From Entomortierella parvispora E1425 (Eukaryota > Fungi > Mortierellomycota), in the NCBI GenBank assembly GCA_020891255.1, contig BQFW01000001.1, positions 2,232,001 through 2,296,000 on the forward strand: a stretch of 64,000 bases of DNA. The letters run 5' to 3'. Positions 58,616 through 64,000 of this stretch are shown here, piece after piece. Both the position numbers and the translations under genes were made by a program. The first letter of the stretch is position 1. The number at the start of each line of letters is the position of its first letter. Under the pieces are notes generated by a model. The model saw only the letters and a program-made list of their open reading frames with translations, was not told where the DNA came from and did not search any database.

Positions 58616-59956
58616 TTACTTGGCTCGCGTACGGACATGTGTGTTGGTGCGAGCCTTGAATTCATCCACCTTCTCCAAAAGAGCTTCAGCACGGTTCACC
58701 AAATCCTTGCGTTGCTTTCGGATCGAATCATCTCCTCCACTGTCGACCGAGTCAATCTTGAGCATAGCCTTGGTCAAGTTCTCCTCCGTCATCAAGATCT
58801 GCTTCTTGTTGGGGATGACGCCTCCAATAACATGATCGAGCTCCTGTGCAAGGCCATCGAGGCTAAATCGGATCTCAGCCAGTTCCTTGTTGCTCCTTGC
58901 TTGAACTTCTGGGTCTGGTTTCATTTCCTCTTCTTCAGAGTACTCTGGATACTCGTCTTCGTTATCGAGGCTCTGCTGCTTCTTCTGATCCTCCTCTTCC
59001 TCTTCATCTTCCTCTTCGTCTTTCTCTTCGTCCTCCTCCTCCTCCTGCTCTTCTTCTTCTGAGGTTTCAACCGGCTTATGATTGTGATGACTCTGATGAT
59101 TCTGGTGCTTTGGTTTCTGGCTTTGAGCCTGAGCCAGACTGTAGCTGGGATGATGCTGACCGTGCTGTCTTTGTGTTCGATTCTGAGTGTACCCAGGATG
59201 GCGCTGGTTCTGCTGACTTTGCAGACTGTGGCCAGGATGCTTCTGGCCATGCTGTACGTTCTTTTTTAACTGAGGCTGCGAGTGCACCTTCCAAGTAGCT
59301 GCGGGAACAGTAGCAGGGGACTTCGTCGTTGGCGAGGACATGGCGCCCTCACCAAAGGCAGCCTGAACAAGAGAGTCCATGTCGTCCGTCGCCTCTGGAG
59401 CTTCCACAGGCTTGATTGTCAATCCCTGTTGAGCACGTTGGCGCTGGCGTCGACCTTGCCTCTTGCGTTGGGGCACTTGCTGTCCAGCCAGGTTGTTCGC
59501 CATGGGAGGCGGATGGTGGTGATCCGAGTGATCTGGCCCGTTGGAAGGCTGCTGACGTTCCTGTTGCTGCTTCAATGCTTGGAACTGCTGCTGTAAGTGG
59601 CTTTGGCGGGGAGGACGGTGGATCTGATGACGATGTTGTTGGTGGTGCAGCTCTTCTTGATTCTGATGTTGTTGGTGCTGGCGAGGAGCCTGGCGTCTTT
59701 GCTGTTGATGCGGTTGCTGGGAATTGGCCCCAAGATGGTCTGCCATGGCAAGGGGATTCTGGTGATATTGAGCACGGGAGTGTTGCTTCAACGGCTGTGG
59801 CTCCTCCTCTTCGCTGTACGTTGGACGTTCATCTACTCCAGAGGAAAACGGGTCTCCAAAGAAAGAGTCTGCAAAGGACGGGAAAAAGTCTCTTCGCTCT
59901 TGAGGCCGACGGGAGCCGCGGGCGGCAGTCCTTGGATCCGAGAAGATGGAGTACAT
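58616..59956 (-). CDS. BAG-domain co-chaperone with Q/H-rich and acidic disordered N-terminus, single exon
   Basis: C-terminal KQILMTEENLTKAMLKIDSVDSGGDDSIRKQRKDLVNRAEALLEKVDEFK matches the BAG domain pattern. Confidence 0.85.
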   Translation of the reverse strand: MYSIFSDPRTAARGSRRPQERRDFFPSFADSFFGDPFSSGVDERPTYSEEEEPQPLKQHSRAQYHQNPLAMADHLGANSQQPHQQQRRQAPRQHQQHQNQEELHHQQHRHQIHRPPRQSHLQQQFQALKQQQERQQPSNGPDHSDHHHPPPMANNLAGQQVPQRKRQGRRQRQRAQQGLTIKPVEAPEATDDMDSLVQAAFGEGAMSSPTTKSPATVPAATWKVHSQPQLKKNVQHGQKHPGHSLQSQQNQRHPGYTQNRTQRQHGQHHPSYSLAQAQSQKPKHQNHQSHHNHKPVETSEEEEQEEEEDEEKDEEEDEEEEEDQKKQQSLDNEDEYPEYSEEEEMKPDPEVQARSNKELAEIRFSLDGLAQELDHVIGGVIPNKKQILMTEENLTKAMLKIDSVDSGGDDSIRKQRKDLVNRAEALLEKVDEFKARTNTHVRTRAK

Positions 59957-60279
59957 TCGAAGGAGAGCGAAGGTGTGTGGATGGAGTAGAGGGAGTGGGG
60001 GCGGGTGAGGTATCTGGGTGAATGAAAGGGTGAAGAAAAAGAAAAGAAGAGACGTGTGTGGTGGGGATGATTTTTTTTCTGTCTGTTGGACTTCCTTTTA
60101 TGGCCTCCACTGACCCACACGCGTCGAACCCTCTCGCAAGATCGAGAATTCGAGATTCGACCAGTGGCAGCGAGAGCGAGGAAAAAATCTGGTCATGTGA
60201 CTGAGATCAAACTCCACTTCGTTTTTTCTTTTGCATGCACTCCATTTCCCAATCCAACCCCACAACATCGCCTGTCAGC

Positions 60280-61857
60280 ATGTCGCACAACGCATCAGAG
60301 GCAGGATCGGACCTAGTCTCGTCAGAGCTCACTCACAGCAATGTCTCACAGGAGCTCCATGAGAAGAAACGTTCGTCTGAATTGGCCTTGGAGGAGGAGC
60401 AACTCCCGAACAAGCGACGCGAGACTCAGGCAGCTGTTGCGGAGGCAAAAGCAGACAACTCGGAGAGCAAGGCAGAACAGGTGGCACCAGTAGTAGCAGA
60501 GTCATCGATGAGCAATGACGTGACCACAGATACCAACAAAAAGAAAGAGTCCAGCTCCAGGGACGTGAACGACACTGACGCAAAGCCATTTGGAGGCCGG
60601 ATCCTTACAGATGAGTCGGCAGTGTTTGAGCAGAACGCATGGGACCATGCACCCTGGGGCGAGGAGCAAGAACAGCATGCATTGAAAGAGATTGCAAGAC
60701 AGAAATTGGATCCTGTGCCGGATGAATTGGTCGAAACATACCATGCAGAGGCGGCAGAGAACTGGAACAAATTTTATGCAAAGAACGAGAATCGCTTCTA
60801 CAAGGATCGCCACTACCTGCGAGTCGAGTTCCCAGAGCTATTTAACATGGTGGAAGCAGACGTAAGCACTAGGATCCGTTACCATCCCATGAGAAAACTT
60901 ACTGATCCAAAGTCATGATTTAACAGCTTTTTTTTTCCTGTATTCTGATTCTCGTCACAGGCAGGGGAGAAGGCGGTCATGGAAATTGGATGTGGCGCAG
61001 GAAACACAATGTTCCCCCTGTTGCGCGAGAGCAAGAATCCAAAGCTCTTTGTCTATGCATGTGACTTTTCATCTACGGCTGTTGAGGTCGTCAAGAGCAA
61101 TCCTGCGTACGATGAGAAGAGGGGAAAGGCATTTGTCTGGGATCTGGCTGGCGATGACATTCCTCCCGAGGTGGAGCCAGAGTCCATGGATGTTCTCGTG
61201 CTGATCTTTGTTCTTTCTGCACTTCATCCTGACAAGTGGGAACAGGCCATGAATAATCTTTACAAGGTAAGAGATGATTGTTCCAGGAAAGCACAGGCTA
61301 GTCATCGATTCGGTCGTCATTTGCGCTTACACGATTTGTTGTCCTCTTCCACATAGCTCTTGAAGCCGGGCGGATTGATTGTATTCCGTGACTATGGACG
61401 ATACGATATGGCTCAGCTCCGATTCAAAAAGAACAGACTTCTCTCTGACAATTTTTACGTCCGCGGAGAGGGCACACGGGTGTACTTTTTCGACTCTGAC
61501 GAGATTGTAAAACTGTTTGGCTCCAAGTTTACGATTGAACAGAATGCCGTAGACCGGCGGCTGATTGTCAATAGGCTGAGAAAGATCAAAATGTATCGCG
61601 TCTGGTTGCAGGGCAAATTCCGGAAACCCCTGACTGGACAAGCGCCGGGCGTACCATCTGCCATGACGGTGACAACGGACGACACTTCAAGCGACTCCCC
61701 AGCCGACTCTGTAGAGATCAGAGCTGCAGAGGAAGCGGTAGAGGGCGCATCCACACCCTCCGAGGCAGCAACCCCATCAGAGGCAGCAACCCCATCAGAG
61801 GCAGCAACCCCTTCGGTGGCGCAAACACCTTCAGAGGCCAATCCTGCAGAGGTGTAA
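60280..61857 (+). CDS. TRM140: tRNA m3C32 methyltransferase Trm140/METTL2-like (3 exons)
   Basis: [119 protein letters not shown]...[10 protein letters not shown]. Confidence 0.93.
61753..61842 (+). repeat. 18-bp coding minisatellite (TPSEAA)x5, imperfect
   Basis: Five 18-bp units encoding [30 protein letters not shown] at the TRM140 C-terminus. Confidence 0.9.
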
Positions 61858-62078
61858 TAAAGTCATTAAGGGGACCCGGCAGTGGCGTTTAATTTATCAT
61901 GTATGTGTGAAGACGCGTTTTTTTGTTTATTTTTGAGTGTCGCTGGGCCGCGCAGGGGGGGGACGTGTTTTTGTTGACAGGACAAAGAAGCATCAGATTG
62001 GCTTTCTCTTCTTTCTTTCTTTCATCCATCCACATTCTCACCTTCTTCCTCCCTCCTGTACATATACATACTCGCAAG

Positions 62079-63123
<1,045 letters not shown>

Positions 63124-63575
63124 GCAATGTCGGGAACCATCAAGGAAGGAAAATACAAAACATAATATCAACAAAAACACACGTTTCGTTGCTTTCAGGA
63201 CGGGACGATTTCATTCGCCGTAAATAAACCATGTCATATTAGCAAAACAAAACCCTACATCATGCCTTTGAAGGAGGGGACAGGGGAAGTGCGAGATTCG
63301 TATTGTTGACAGAACTGCACAAGCCTCTAAAACAGTTGAGTTATTTTTTACTCCAAGGGACCGGCGAGTCTCCGATTTGCTCTTTCATTCAGTCCAAAGG
63401 TGGATATGATGAAGGACTCGGAAAATGATATCTTCCACGGCCAAGAATGATAGAAACTGCAAGTTGGACTTTGAGCAAAAAGATCTTTAATAATATACAG
63501 GCGGAAAAAATGCAACAAGGGGGGACGGAATTAATGAAAAAAGGAAAGAATAAACAGAAAGAAACTGGAGTTGTT

Positions 63576-64000
63576 CTAAACAGCACCTTCGACTTCATCA
63601 GCTGCTGTTGGTGGAGCAGATGAAGGAGGTTCAACCTCGACATGGTTCATCTCTGGCACGGCTTTGAAAGCCTCTGGCTCAGAAGATGCAAAAGAGGCCC
63701 TTGTAAAAGAAGAAGAGGACAGAGGAGAAGCACGGATGGCGGTGGCTCTTGTGGTTAAGACCCCATTCCGGAAAGGATCATGATGATGCTGTTGGTTTCG
63801 ATGGTTCAGAGGGGAGGTTGGAAGGGCAGGGCCTCCTCCGACCAAGACGAGGATTTTTTCCAGAGGCAAAAGCAAGCCCAAGAGTAAACAAATGACCGAG
63901 ACTGTAAAGACTTGCATCTTTGTGTACTGTCGAACGGCCAAGAGACGAGAGACCATCCGCACAGTCTGCCTTGAGTTGCTCAACTTTGTGGTCAAATAGT
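63576..64000 (-). CDS. Partial exon of an unidentified gene with one hydrophobic segment, running off the window edge
   Basis: Frame open from the window edge, containing VFTVSVICLLLGLLLPL. No family recognised. Confidence 0.3.
   Translation of the reverse strand, partial: YLTTKLSNSRQTVRMVSRLLAVRQYTKMQVFTVSVICLLLGLLLPLEKILVLVGGGPALPTSPLNHRNQQHHHDPFRNGVLTTRATAIRASPLSSSSFTRASFASSEPEAFKAVPEMNHVEVEPPSSAPPTAADEVEGAV

Noticed and set aside
60280-60900. Yeast ABP140-type +1 programmed frameshift in TRM140
   Set aside because: The N-terminal region is in frame with the methyltransferase exons, and no CTTAGGC heptamer was seen.

Overview
Intron-rich fungal genomic DNA. GT-AG introns of about 50-700 bp with CTRAC/CTRAT-like branch sites, polyQ tracts and a full-length class C GPCR point to an early-diverging fungus, probably Mortierellaceae; the taxon is inferred, not proven. 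Recognisable genes in order: BRF1 (TFIIIB), an RCC1-repeat protein with a PHD finger, SNZ1/PDX1, TMEM256/DUF423, a LIM-RhoGAP (LRG1-like), a FAM72-domain protein and MUS81. Next is a young but internally deleted Ty3/Gypsy LTR retrotransposon (identical 303-bp LTRs, AGTC target-site duplication). After it come an orphan gene, RPC1 (Pol III largest subunit), an intronless fungal GST, TYW2/TRM12, a MEF2-type MADS factor, a class C (GABA-B-like) GPCR, a BAG-domain protein, TRM140/METTL2 and PCNA. The standout feature is invisible in the ORF track. At 56434-58173 (+) lies a micro-exon gene: a 62-nt signal-peptide exon, then twelve 3-nt and two 9-nt exons, each flanked by canonical AG/GT sites and separated by 95-128 bp introns, all in phase 2. 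Spliced by hand it gives a clean 120-nt CDS ending in TAA TAG. It encodes a 39-aa secreted peptide precursor, MKLQYFLVLVVLLGFSAAAPTSEDVDANDYDMTGMYYGI, and sits head-to-head with the class C GPCR. All exon coordinates were read by eye and may be off by a few bases.
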